From an uncultured Ignavibacteriota bacterium (lineage in GTDB: Bacteria > Bacteroidota > Ignavibacteria > UBA10030 > UBA8401): 64,000 nt of DNA. The stretch covers positions 4,682 to 68,681 of the forward strand of contig CAJBTU010000072.1 of assembly GCA_903958625.1 (NCBI GenBank). The letters are read 5' to 3'. The notes beneath the pieces are model-generated. The model had not been told where the DNA came from and did no database searches. It saw nothing but the letters and a program-made list of their open reading frames with translations. Made by a program: the position numbers and the translations under genes. Below, piece after piece: positions 1-9,624 of the stretch (positions are counted from its first letter, which is position 1; every line of letters begins with the position of its first letter).

Positions 1-4
1 CGTT

Positions 5-1075
5 GTGGGAAGACAAATACGGGCGTTGAATCTCTTGCAGACAATTGCCGATATGGGTTTTGATTTTGGGTTGGACTCGGATTCATCCTTTATGCCTCTC
101 TGGAAGCAAAGCAAATTCAAACAACTTGTTCAAAAGGCAAAGAGCGGCACAACAAAGATCGCCAGCAACTACGTGTTTTCGCTGCAGGAATCCGATCTGA
201 TACCGGAAGGAATCACCTATGATCCGCGTCAGCAAAAATTTTTTGTGAGCAGTATCTATAAACGGAAGGTCCTGGCGGTCAACACCGACGGAACGGCATC
301 GGATTTCGTTGGTGAGGCACAGTATGGATTGTTCAGCACCGTTGGTCTTAAAGTCGATGCGGCACGCAATCACCTTTGGGTACTCGGCATTATCAACAAG
401 CCGAAGCCGCGCACTTTTACCAAGGAAGAGCTGGGCACTTCCGCCGTTTATCAATTCGATCTCGAGACAAAAGCGCTGATCAATAAATATACGATGAGCG
501 ATACGCTGCAGCATCTTTTTAACGATCTGGTGATCGTCAACGGGAGCGTGTATTTTACGGACAGCCGACAGCGCTGCGTCTACAAGGTGAATCCCGCAAC
601 AAAAACTATCGATTCCTTTTACGGAAATCCCTGGCTTTATTTTCCCAACGGTATCACCGCCTCGGCGGATCAACAATATCTATTCATCGCAAGCTGGGCC
701 GGTATTCTTCGGCTGTCGCTTGCCGATACGACGGCGCTCATTCTTCAATCAAAAGTCGTGACAACATTATCCGGCATAGACGGACTCTATTTTTATGAGA
801 ATAGTTTAATCGCCGTACAAAACAGCGCCGGACCGCAATCGCGCATTATGAAGTTTGAATTGAGCAAAAAAATGGATGAGGTAACGAATGCAACGGTTCT
901 GGAATCGCAGAATCCGTTATATAACATACCGACAACCGGAACGATCATCGACGATGAATTGTATTTCATCGCCAACAGCCAGCTGCAGAACTTCGATGAG
1001 CAGGGAAACATCTTTCCCTCGGACAAAATGCAGCCGACGTATATTTTGAAAGTGAAGCTGAATCCAAAAGAATAG
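5..1075 (+). CDS. hypothetical beta-propeller protein (SMP-30/gluconolactonase/strictosidine-synthase-like, tentative); probably 5'-truncated by the window edge
   Basis: Long ORF; annotated start is GTG at 5 with an in-frame sense codon upstream, so the gene likely begins before the window. Repetitive beta-strand-rich sequence with no catalytic motif recognised. Convergent terminator downstream. Confidence 0.5.
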   Translation: MGRQIRALNLLQTIADMGFDFGLDSDSSFMPLWKQSKFKQLVQKAKSGTTKIASNYVFSLQESDLIPEGITYDPRQQKFFVSSIYKRKVLAVNTDGTASDFVGEAQYGLFSTVGLKVDAARNHLWVLGIINKPKPRTFTKEELGTSAVYQFDLETKALINKYTMSDTLQHLFNDLVIVNGSVYFTDSRQRCVYKVNPATKTIDSFYGNPWLYFPNGITASADQQYLFIASWAGILRLSLADTTALILQSKVVTTLSGIDGLYFYENSLIAVQNSAGPQSRIMKFELSKKMDEVTNATVLESQNPLYNIPTTGTIIDDELYFIANSQLQNFDEQGNIFPSDKMQPTYILKVKLNPKE

Positions 1076-1109
1076 AAATTTTTGTTTCGGTTACGCCACA
1101 ATAAAAATT

Positions 1110-1148
1110 CCCCGGCGCATTAACGGTACCGGGGATTTTTTTTGTCTC
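1110..1148. terminator. bidirectional rho-independent terminator
   Basis: CCCCGG (1110-1115) ... CCGGGG (1129-1134) stem followed by a T-run ATTTTTTTTT, flanked by an A-run on the other side. Sits between convergent genes. Confidence 0.7.
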
Positions 1149-1160
1149 GTCCAAAAACAT

Positions 1161-1982
1161 TTATTGATTATCGACGACTCTTTCGATTGATGATTGAATA
1201 TTTGGTGCCACATTTTTAAACAAATCATATCCGGTCAGCACTTCTACCGAGTCAACACTCACACGGAATATTTTCCAGTCATCATTTTTTCCAATGAATG
1301 CGTTGTTGTTCGGCATAACAACGGCAATGGTTCGCGTTGATGGGGTGATCCTTAACAGGTCATGCTCGCCTGCGTCAAGGACGAGGATCGTTTTCCATGT
1401 CTTTTCCGGAATTTGAACTCTTCCGCTGTCAAGAAATCCCTGTGAACCAATTCCGCCGCAGTAGATATAGAGTTCTTTTCCCTGTTTCACCAGATCGCGG
1501 CAATAGATCTCCAGCGCGGCCCATGGACCCTGATTATTGTTCGGCGCCTGAGGAATCATATTCGTCATCAGAAATGTGGCAGAATTATCGGTCGGCGTAT
1601 TTGTCCTGTCGGCGGAAGGACACAGGTGTCCGCGGTCGAAACCGGTGCCGCGGTAACTTCCTTCGCGAATGCGGTACCATTTTTCGGGAAGCGTGCTGTC
1701 GGGACGGAAATGATTGCTGCGTCTTATCCCGCCAAGCCACGTGCTGTCCGTATGCCATGCCACCCAATTCGGAATTCCCAAAAAACGGTTGTACGAATGA
1801 ACATATTGATGTTTCGCCATCAAATAATTTCCGGGTATGCCGATGTTTGCGGCGGCGTTGTTCGGATTACCCATGGCGAGATGTTCTGTAACATAGGCGG
1901 AATCGTTTTGAGCATGTCCGCAAATGCAGAAAAGTAACTGCATAAAATAAATCGTTGCGAAGCGTGTTTTTCTTTTCATCAT
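1161..1982 (-). CDS. secreted DNA/RNA non-specific endonuclease (NucA/Serratia nuclease family, His-Me finger)
   Basis: FDRGHLCPSADR = DRGH catalytic motif of the NUC family. N-terminal signal peptide MMKRKTRFATIYFMQLLFCICGHAQ. Start placed at the internal MMKRK (1982), which gives an ATGA overlap with the upstream gene; the longer ORF to 2144 would overlap the DUF3267 gene. Confidence 0.75.
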   Translation of the reverse strand: MMKRKTRFATIYFMQLLFCICGHAQNDSAYVTEHLAMGNPNNAAANIGIPGNYLMAKHQYVHSYNRFLGIPNWVAWHTDSTWLGGIRRSNHFRPDSTLPEKWYRIREGSYRGTGFDRGHLCPSADRTNTPTDNSATFLMTNMIPQAPNNNQGPWAALEIYCRDLVKQGKELYIYCGGIGSQGFLDSGRVQIPEKTWKTILVLDAGEHDLLRITPSTRTIAVVMPNNNAFIGKNDDWKIFRVSVDSVEVLTGYDLFKNVAPNIQSSIERVVDNQ

Positions 1983-2536
1983 TTCTGTTCGCTCTCTTCC
2001 GTTTCGTTTTCGTACACAAAACATCCCGCGTTTTCGGGATGATCCTCGACCATTGCGTTCCATGGCACCGTTCGAATAAGCCAGACGATCAAAAAATCCC
2101 CTACCGCTGCGAATGTAAAAAGAACTCCAAAGAGGAGGATCCAACCGTTACCGTTCGCAATTGAAACAAGAAATGGGCCGAATCCCAGCACTATGACAGG
2201 CATCATCGTTCCAATCACATATGCGCTCTTTGGGACCGGAACGGTACAATGAGCGTACGGTGTTAATGTCTTTACCTGAAATCCAAATTTCATTTCTTTG
2301 AATGAAAGTTTCCCGGCGAACATCCACGCCAATCCATGGATTAATTCATGGAGAACGATGCCTACAATAAAGATTGGAAAGAAATACCACGGCAGAAGAA
2401 TGTCGCCGGCCGATTTCACCGGCTCAAATCCCCATACGGCCGCAAAGAGAAAAAATTCTGCAACCGCAAAAAGCCCGAACGGCAGGGATGCCGATTGTGC
2501 TTTGAGCATTGGGATGGAATGATCAGATTTATTCAA
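1979..2536 (-). CDS. DUF3267-like membrane protein with HExxH zincin-like motif
   Basis: HELIHGLAW motif embedded in a multi-TM hydrophobic protein of 185 aa. Its stop overlaps the nuclease start (ATGA). Confidence 0.6.
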   Translation of the reverse strand: MNKSDHSIPMLKAQSASLPFGLFAVAEFFLFAAVWGFEPVKSAGDILLPWYFFPIFIVGIVLHELIHGLAWMFAGKLSFKEMKFGFQVKTLTPYAHCTVPVPKSAYVIGTMMPVIVLGFGPFLVSIANGNGWILLFGVLFTFAAVGDFLIVWLIRTVPWNAMVEDHPENAGCFVYENETEESEQK

Positions 2537-2584
2537 AGATGTTCGTCGACGGGATGATAAAAACTGACACTGGCCGCATGGTTC

Positions 2585-3733
2585 TTACACTTTTACAAAC
2601 CATTTCTTCCTATACATCACCCAGACAACAAGATACATCATGCTCACCCAAACAATGGCATGCATCAGCGATGCATTCAGCGGGGAAAAATACGGTTCAA
2701 AAAGATTTTGAACCATAATGGTTTTGATCGAAACGTCTTTGAATGTGCCGTCGCTCAACTGTACATTGAATTTCCACAAGCCCATCGTGCGGGCTGCAAC
2801 CCCGGAAAGGACAAAGACAAAGATAGCGTTCATGCCGTACACAACAAACGGATGCGCCCATTTTTTAATTCCTTTTGCATCGATCAGGAAATAGAAAATA
2901 CCGAAGATGCAGAGCGCCCATCCGGCCATAAAGATGGAATACGACACCGTCCAGAGACTTTTGTTGATCGGCATCCACATATCCAACACCGCGCCAAGGA
3001 GCAGAAGTCCGGCGCCGAAGACGAACATCCAGACCGATTTTTCCATTTTGTCATGCGGTGAGTTTCTAAGATAATCTCCCAGAATTGCACCAAACAACGT
3101 CGTGGCGATTGCGGGAATCGTGCTGATGATTCCTTCCGGGTCCCACGTTTTTGTTGCGCTCCACATATGTCCTGTAAGCAATATCGAGTCGATATATGCG
3201 GCAAAATTCTTTCCCTTTTCAAACAAACCTGCTCCAAACTCCGGGATCGGAATGTAGAACATCATCAGCCAGTAAGAGATAAACAGTGCGCCAATCGCAA
3301 AGATTTGTCCGCGCATCGATGTTTTAAGATAGATCACCGATGCAATAAGATAACAGAGGGCGATCCTCTGCAATACGCCGGGTATTCTAATTGCGTCCCA
3401 GCTGAAATTATGACCCCACAACAATCCAAAGGGAAATCCGGCAAGAAACAGTCCAAGAGCAAAGATGATGGCTGAACGCCGCAGAACATTGAGCAATAAT
3501 TTAGTGTCGTTGTCCCCTTTCGACCGCCGCACGGCGAACGAAAAAGTCATCGAGACACCGACGATCCAGAGAAAGAACGGGAAAATAAAATCGGTGAATG
3601 TCCAGCCATTCCATGAGGCATGTTCCAGCTGCGGATAGATATTTCCCCACGAACCGGGGTTGTTGACGAGAATCATTCCGGCAATGGTGAATCCGCGGAA
3701 TGCGTCGAGTGATGTGAGGCGTTCTGGTTTCAT
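2585..3733 (-). CDS. DUF5009/DUF1624 family membrane protein (HGSNAT-like acyltransferase family)
   Basis: N-terminus MKPERLTSLDAFRGFTIAGMILVNNPGSW ... FFLWIVGVSM is typical of the family. Multi-TM. Start chosen at the M (3733) that sits 4 nt from the upstream gene's stop. Confidence 0.65.
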   Translation of the reverse strand: MKPERLTSLDAFRGFTIAGMILVNNPGSWGNIYPQLEHASWNGWTFTDFIFPFFLWIVGVSMTFSFAVRRSKGDNDTKLLLNVLRRSAIIFALGLFLAGFPFGLLWGHNFSWDAIRIPGVLQRIALCYLIASVIYLKTSMRGQIFAIGALFISYWLMMFYIPIPEFGAGLFEKGKNFAAYIDSILLTGHMWSATKTWDPEGIISTIPAIATTLFGAILGDYLRNSPHDKMEKSVWMFVFGAGLLLLGAVLDMWMPINKSLWTVSYSIFMAGWALCIFGIFYFLIDAKGIKKWAHPFVVYGMNAIFVFVLSGVAARTMGLWKFNVQLSDGTFKDVSIKTIMVQNLFEPYFSPLNASLMHAIVWVSMMYLVVWVMYRKKWFVKV

Positions 3734-3737
3734 AGAG

Positions 3738-5087
3738 TTATTTAACGATAAAAAGTTTGTACCCGAATTTCGGCAATGTGATCTTTTCCGCGTTTTTGTA
3801 TGATGCCTGTTTTCCGGTGAAAGCATTCGTCAGTTTCGCCGAGGAATACTTCTGCGGAAGTTCAAGCCGTGCCGTGCATTCATTGTTCGAAAAATTGAGT
3901 GCGACAAGAACGGTATTCTTTCCGTCAGTGCGGATAAATGTATACACCTGGTCAGCCATATTGTTCTTCACGTTTTGATATTCTCCGACGGCAAGCGACG
4001 GATTACTTTTGCGGATGGCATAGAGCTTTGCATAAAATTCGCGGAATTCTTTTCCCTTCGTCCAATCAATTTCGAATTTCTCGAATAGTCCTAATTTCTT
4101 GTCGTTGGCAGCTTCTTGTCCGTTGTAAAGAAGAGGGGCGCCGGGGATGGTGTTCACAAGGACTGCCGCCAGAAATGCCCCGTTGATGCCGAATTTTTCC
4201 ACATCGGGTCTGTCCCACGCATTCTCGTCGTGATTGGAGCTGAAGCGCATCCGGATGCTTCCTTTCGGATATGCCGATGCTTCGCGGGTAAGCACGGCAT
4301 CGAATTCGGAAGCCGGCTTTTCACCTTTCAACACCATCGCCATGGAACCATACATATTCCACGAATACGTAAGATCGAACGCTTTCAGATGATGTTCCGG
4401 ATACTGTCCTTCGGACAGCATAATGACCGGTCTGATCGAATCGAGGGCCGCACGCGCCTCATTCCAAAATTCGGTCGGGACCATTTCGGCTACGTCGCAA
4501 CGAAATCCGTCAAGACCAACATCCCGCACCCAATATTTCAGCATGTCAATCATATACCGGCGAAGTTCCGCATTATTATAGTTCAGGTCAACAACATCGG
4601 ACCAATCGGCAACCGGCGGCACGAATTTTCCTGTTGAATCTTTTGTAAACCATTCGGGATGTTCCGTGAACATCTTGCTGTCCCATGATGTATGGTTCGC
4701 CACAAGATCGATAATGATCTTCAATCCCTGTTCGTGCGATTTCTTCACCAGACGTTTGAAGTCGTCAAGATTTCCGAATTCAGGATTGATGCCGTAGTAA
4801 TCCTTCACCGAGTACGGCGAACCAACGGTCCCCTTTCGTTTTTCTTCGCCGACGGGATGGATCGGCATCAGCCAGAGAATTGTTACGCCAAGCTGTTTCA
4901 ATTCGGGAAGTTTCTTTTCCACTCCTTCAAAATTTCCCTCTTTGGAAAAAGCGCGTGTGTAAACCTCATAGATGATTCCCTTTTTCACCCAATCTTCCGA
5001 CTGCCGAGCAGATTCGACGGCCAACGAAGATGGCTGCTGAGAAAAGAGAAATGATGAAACGATACAGAGAAGAACAATATTTTTCAT
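3738..5087 (-). CDS. GH13 alpha-amylase family glycoside hydrolase (secreted)
   Basis: GH13 catalytic regions: DLVANHTS, GFRCDVAEMV, MLSEGQ, FSSNHDE. Signal peptide MKNIVLLCIVSSFLFS. Alternative start at 5096. Confidence 0.85.
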   Translation of the reverse strand: MKNIVLLCIVSSFLFSQQPSSLAVESARQSEDWVKKGIIYEVYTRAFSKEGNFEGVEKKLPELKQLGVTILWLMPIHPVGEEKRKGTVGSPYSVKDYYGINPEFGNLDDFKRLVKKSHEQGLKIIIDLVANHTSWDSKMFTEHPEWFTKDSTGKFVPPVADWSDVVDLNYNNAELRRYMIDMLKYWVRDVGLDGFRCDVAEMVPTEFWNEARAALDSIRPVIMLSEGQYPEHHLKAFDLTYSWNMYGSMAMVLKGEKPASEFDAVLTREASAYPKGSIRMRFSSNHDENAWDRPDVEKFGINGAFLAAVLVNTIPGAPLLYNGQEAANDKKLGLFEKFEIDWTKGKEFREFYAKLYAIRKSNPSLAVGEYQNVKNNMADQVYTFIRTDGKNTVLVALNFSNNECTARLELPQKYSSAKLTNAFTGKQASYKNAEKITLPKFGYKLFIVK

Positions 5088-5255
5088 AAAAACCATGCAT
5101 TGATAAAGAAATGTCGGTGAAAAGTAGCGAAAGAAATTTCCCAAAGCAACGAGAGACCATTGTTAATTATTGCTGACCGATGGAGTTTTATTTCCTCTTT
5201 CACTCTATAATAGAATAGTAGTATATTATATGTATCAGCATTTCGGCTGTTTACA

Positions 5256-6329
5256 TTGAATTTATTTTACCCTGTTATGAAAAAATTATCTTCATCCCTA
5301 TTGCCGGCTTTCCTCTTCTGTTTCTCTGTGATCTTTTCCTCCTGCAGTACTCGTTCCGAGGAAAATACTCCAAAACAAGGGGCACAGGGGAGCATGCTTA
5401 CGGTAACCGGCGTTGTGATTAAACCGGAAGCGTTGGAAAATATTGTCCGTTCTTCCGGTACCGTGCTTGCCTCTGAGTCGGTCGATCTTGTCACCGAAGC
5501 CGCGGGAAGAATCGAAAAGATCACCTTCAAAGAAGGATCGCATGTCGTTAAAAACACGCTGCTACTGAAGATCAATGATGACGATCTGCGCGCACAACTG
5601 AAAAAGACCGAATTGCAGATACAGCTTGCCTCGGAGCAGGAAAAACGGCAAAAACAACTGTATGAGATCAATGGAATCAGCAAGGAACAGTATGACATTG
5701 CCCTGAACCAGGTGAATACGCTTAAAGCAGACCATGAAAATCTTATCGCCTCCATCCGCAAACGGGAGATCCGCGCGCCGTTCGACGGAATCATCGGTCT
5801 GCGGTATATCAGCGAAGGGGGATATGTCTCTCAAACGACAAGGATCGCCTCCATTCAAAAAATCAATCCATTAAAAGTGGATTTTTCAATCCCTGAAAAA
5901 TATTCGGATGATGTTGCTGTCGGCGATATTGTTGAATTCAGCAGTGATGAAACAAAGCTGCGGTTCACCGGAAAATTATATGCGATCGAACCAAAGATCG
6001 ATCCCGTGACTCGCACGCTGCAGCTGCGCGCTCTGTGCGACAATAAAAACGAAAAGATCTTCCCCGGTGCCTATGTTCAAATTGAATTGCGGTTGAAAAA
6101 TATTGCCGATGCGTTAATGGTCCCATCGCAGGCCATTATCCCCGTCTTAAAAGGTCAAACGATCCTGGTTAAACGTAAGGGAGTCGTTGTTTCTCTTCCG
6201 GTAAGAACGGGGATCCGGACCGCATCACTTGTGCAAATACTTGACGGGATCTCTGCGGGCGATACGGTTCTTACAACCGGACTAATGCAGGCGCGCCCGG
6301 GAATGCCGGTCACAGTAGTTGTTAAATAA
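5256..6329 (+). CDS. RND efflux periplasmic adaptor (membrane fusion protein, HlyD family)
   Basis: N-terminal lipoprotein-like signal, coiled-coil hairpin region, C-terminal beta-barrel. Immediately upstream of the RND permease. Confidence 0.8.
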   Translation: MNLFYPVMKKLSSSLLPAFLFCFSVIFSSCSTRSEENTPKQGAQGSMLTVTGVVIKPEALENIVRSSGTVLASESVDLVTEAAGRIEKITFKEGSHVVKNTLLLKINDDDLRAQLKKTELQIQLASEQEKRQKQLYEINGISKEQYDIALNQVNTLKADHENLIASIRKREIRAPFDGIIGLRYISEGGYVSQTTRIASIQKINPLKVDFSIPEKYSDDVAVGDIVEFSSDETKLRFTGKLYAIEPKIDPVTRTLQLRALCDNKNEKIFPGAYVQIELRLKNIADALMVPSQAIIPVLKGQTILVKRKGVVVSLPVRTGIRTASLVQILDGISAGDTVLTTGLMQARPGMPVTVVVK

Positions 6330-6362
6330 AAAAATTAACAGTTTCATGTTTTGTAGTGTATC

Positions 6363-9300
6363 ATGAGTTTAGCCTCCATAAGCATAAAGCGTCCCGTTCT
6401 GGCGATCGTCATGTCGTTGACGATCATTCTCTTCGGGATCATCAGTTTTCAATTCCTGGGTGTGCGTGAATATCCGGCGATCGATCCGCCGATTATCTCC
6501 GTCCGGACGAGCTACGTTGGTGCAAATGCCGATGTCATTGAATCACAGATCACCGAACCGCTGGAAAAAGCGATCAACGGCATTGCCGGTGTGCGTAACA
6601 TTTCGTCGAGCAGCAGTCAGGGATCAAGCAATATCACCGTTGAATTCAATCTGGATGCAAATCTCGAGGCGGCGGCAAACGATGTCCGCGACAAGGTCTC
6701 GGGTGCCACGCGGCAGCTGCCGCAGGATATCGATTCGCCCCCCGTTGTCACCAAGAGCGATGCAAATTCCGATGCGATCATTTCCCTCACCATTCAAAGC
6801 AATACCAAGAATATTCTTGAGCTGAGCGATTTTGCTGAAAATGTTGTCGCCCAGAATCTGCAGACCATACCCGGCGTAAGTTCAACACAGATCTGGGGAC
6901 AAAAACGGTATGCAATGCGCATCTGGATGGATCCGGCGCGGTTTGCTGCATACGGATTGACACCGCTTGATGTGAAAAATGCGCTCAGCAAAGAGAATGT
7001 TGAGCTTCCTTCGGGAAAGATCGCCGGAACACAGACCGAACTCATCGTCAATACGAAAGGACGATTGAAAACCGTTGAGGATTTCAATAATCTGATCGTC
7101 AAATCCGACGGCACAAAGACCGTCCGGTTAAGCGACGTCGGCTATGCTAATCTCGGCCCGGAGAATGAGGAAACGGTATTGAAAATATCGGGCACGCCGA
7201 TGGTTGGCGTTGCGATCGTTCCGCAGCCCGGCAGCAATTATGTGGAAATTGCCGACGCCTTCTACAAGCGAATTGAACAGATCAAGAAGGACCTTCCGGC
7301 CGACTTCAAGCTCGACATTGCAATGGACAATACGCGCTTCATCACGCAATCGATCTCCGAGGTCCGGGAGACGATCTTCATCGCGATCCTGCTGGTTATC
7401 CTTATCATTTATCTCTTCTTCCGCGATTGGCTTATTGCATTCCGTCCGCTGATCGATATTCCGGTATCGTTGATCGGCGCGTTCTTTATCATGTACATCA
7501 TGGGATACTCGATCAACGTGCTGACACTTCTCGCCATTGTGCTTGCAACAGGTCTTGTGGTTGATGACGGCATTGTCGTCACGGAAAACATCTTCAAAAA
7601 AGTGGAATCGGGATTTCATCCGCTTGATGCTGCCTTTGCGGGGTCAAAAGAGATCTTCTTTGTGGTCATCTCCACTTCCATTACGCTTGCCGCAGTTTTC
7701 CTTCCTGTAATTTTTTTGCAGGGATTCGTCGGACGGCTCTTCCGCGAGTTCGGTGTTGTTATTGCCGGTGCCGTGATGATCTCTGCCTTTGTCTCGCTTT
7801 CGCTCACTCCAATGCTCAACGCGCGAATGATCCGTAAAAAGCACAAGCACAGCAGATTCTACGAAGCGACCGAACCATATTTTGTAAGAATGAATCTTTT
7901 CTATGAGAGGATGCTGACACGGTTTATGAGGCGCCGCTGGATCGCCACGGTGATCATTGCCTGTTCGTTAATCTTCATTGCGCTGATTGGAACGATCCTG
8001 CAGTCAGAACTGGCGCCGCTCGATGACCGTTCATTTCTCCGTCTTTCCGTAACGGCTCCCGAGGGTGCATCGTTTGAATATACCGACGCCTTCATGGAAA
8101 AACTGAACACCTTCGTCACGGACTCCATTCCGGAAAAAAGAATACTGCTGACTATTACCGCTCCGGGATTCAGCGGTTCGGGCGCCGTCAACACCGGTTC
8201 GGCACGACTGATGCTGACCGATGTTACAAGCCGACAGCGTACTCAGCAACAAATTGCAGAGTACGTTACGGCCAAGACCCGGCGCATGACGGAAGCCCGC
8301 GTGTTTGTCCTGCAGGAGCAGACCGTTTCTGCCGGCGGCGGCGGCGCACGCGGCGGACTTCCCGTACAGTATGTTCTTCAAAATCAGGATTTTGAAAAGC
8401 TGCGCCAGTTTGTTCCGCAATTTCTTGAAGAGGTGAACAAGAGCAGTGTGTTCCTGGGTTCCGATGTGAATTTGAAATTCAATAAACCGCAGATCGATCT
8501 TTCCATCGACCGTGACCGTGCGCGAAGCCTCGGTGTTTCCGTTATCGATATCGCACAGACATTACAATTGGCCTTCAGCGGTCAGCGATTCTCGTATTTT
8601 GAGATGAACGGTTTTCAATATCAGGTGATCGGACAGGTGAACCGTTCGGACCGCGATGAACCGCTCGATCTCACATCGCTCTACGTGAGGAATAATACTG
8701 GACAATTGATACAGCTCGACAATCTTATTTCGCTGCGCGAGCAAAGTGCACCGCCGCAACTGTACCACTTCAACCGGTTTAAGGCGGCTACTGTTTCTGC
8801 CGGACTTGCGCCGGGAAAAACCATTGGTGATGGTATCGCAGAAATGAACCGCATTGCAAAGGTGATTCTGGATGATTCGTTTACCACGGCGCTCAGCGGA
8901 CCTTCGCGCGATTATTCCGAAAGTTCGTCGAATATTTTCTTTGCGTTCATCCTTGCGCTTGTTTTAATCTATCTTGTTCTCGCCGCACAATTTGAAAGTT
9001 TCATCGATCCGTTTACCATTATGCTTACCGTTCCGCTTGCACTGTCGGGAGCCCTCCTTTCGCTCTGGGTATTCGGTAAAACACTGAATATCTTCAGTGA
9101 AATCGGCATCATCATGCTGATCGGACTGGTAACAAAGAACGGAATTTTGATCGTAGAGTTTGCCAATCAGCAGAAAGAAAAAGGACGAAAACTGCTCGAT
9201 GCAGCACAATACGCAGCCGTTGCGCGGTTCCGCCCCATTTTAATGACGAGCCTTGCAACCATGCTCGGTGCACTTCCCATTGCGCTTGCTCTCGGTGGAA

Positions 9301-9464
9301 GTGCAAAAAGCCGAGTATCGATGGGCATAGTGGTTATCGGAGGATTATTCTTCTCGCTGGTGTTGACACTCTTCGTTATACCGGCTATGTATACGTTCTT
9401 TTCAAAAGAACATAAACCAATCGAAGTTACGGCACCGGAAAGCGCCGTCATTAGCGAAAGTTAA
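6363..9464 (+). CDS. RND efflux permease, AcrB/AcrD/AcrF (HAE1) family
   Basis: 1033 aa with 12-TM, two-large-periplasmic-loop architecture. Conserved motifs such as VLATGLVVDDGIVVTEN. Confidence 0.9.
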   Translation: MSLASISIKRPVLAIVMSLTIILFGIISFQFLGVREYPAIDPPIISVRTSYVGANADVIESQITEPLEKAINGIAGVRNISSSSSQGSSNITVEFNLDANLEAAANDVRDKVSGATRQLPQDIDSPPVVTKSDANSDAIISLTIQSNTKNILELSDFAENVVAQNLQTIPGVSSTQIWGQKRYAMRIWMDPARFAAYGLTPLDVKNALSKENVELPSGKIAGTQTELIVNTKGRLKTVEDFNNLIVKSDGTKTVRLSDVGYANLGPENEETVLKISGTPMVGVAIVPQPGSNYVEIADAFYKRIEQIKKDLPADFKLDIAMDNTRFITQSISEVRETIFIAILLVILIIYLFFRDWLIAFRPLIDIPVSLIGAFFIMYIMGYSINVLTLLAIVLATGLVVDDGIVVTENIFKKVESGFHPLDAAFAGSKEIFFVVISTSITLAAVFLPVIFLQGFVGRLFREFGVVIAGAVMISAFVSLSLTPMLNARMIRKKHKHSRFYEATEPYFVRMNLFYERMLTRFMRRRWIATVIIACSLIFIALIGTILQSELAPLDDRSFLRLSVTAPEGASFEYTDAFMEKLNTFVTDSIPEKRILLTITAPGFSGSGAVNTGSARLMLTDVTSRQRTQQQIAEYVTAKTRRMTEARVFVLQEQTVSAGGGGARGGLPVQYVLQNQDFEKLRQFVPQFLEEVNKSSVFLGSDVNLKFNKPQIDLSIDRDRARSLGVSVIDIAQTLQLAFSGQRFSYFEMNGFQYQVIGQVNRSDRDEPLDLTSLYVRNNTGQLIQLDNLISLREQSAPPQLYHFNRFKAATVSAGLAPGKTIGDGIAEMNRIAKVILDDSFTTALSGPSRDYSESSSNIFFAFILALVLIYLVLAAQFESFIDPFTIMLTVPLALSGALLSLWVFGKTLNIFSEIGIIMLIGLVTKNGILIVEFANQQKEKGRKLLDAAQYAAVARFRPILMTSLATMLGALPIALALGGSAKSRVSMGIVVIGGLFFSLVLTLFVIPAMYTFFSKEHKPIEVTAPESAVISES

Positions 9465-9573
9465 TTATCTCTGGAAGAAGAAAATATATTTTCTTTGCCG
9501 GTAAAATAATCGTGTTGAGAAATTGAATTGTTGTTTGAAGTATGCGAACCCTGGTTGTCTGTTTTTAAAATAC

Positions 9574-9598
9574 AAAACGCGAACTCTCGTCCGCGTTT
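9574..9598. terminator. hairpin between convergent genes, likely terminator for the minus-strand helicase gene
   Basis: AAACGCG-aactctcgtc-CGCGTTT. On the minus strand it is followed by TGTATTTTT. Confidence 0.45.
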
Positions 9599-9624
9599 GA
9601 ATAACATCTTTCCATTATTTTCTT

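Noticed and set aside
1983-2144. N-terminal extension of the nuclease ORF (MDPPLWSS... to 2144)
   Set aside because: It would overlap the DUF3267 gene by 165 nt. The internal MMKRK start yields a canonical signal peptide and an ATGA coupling junction.
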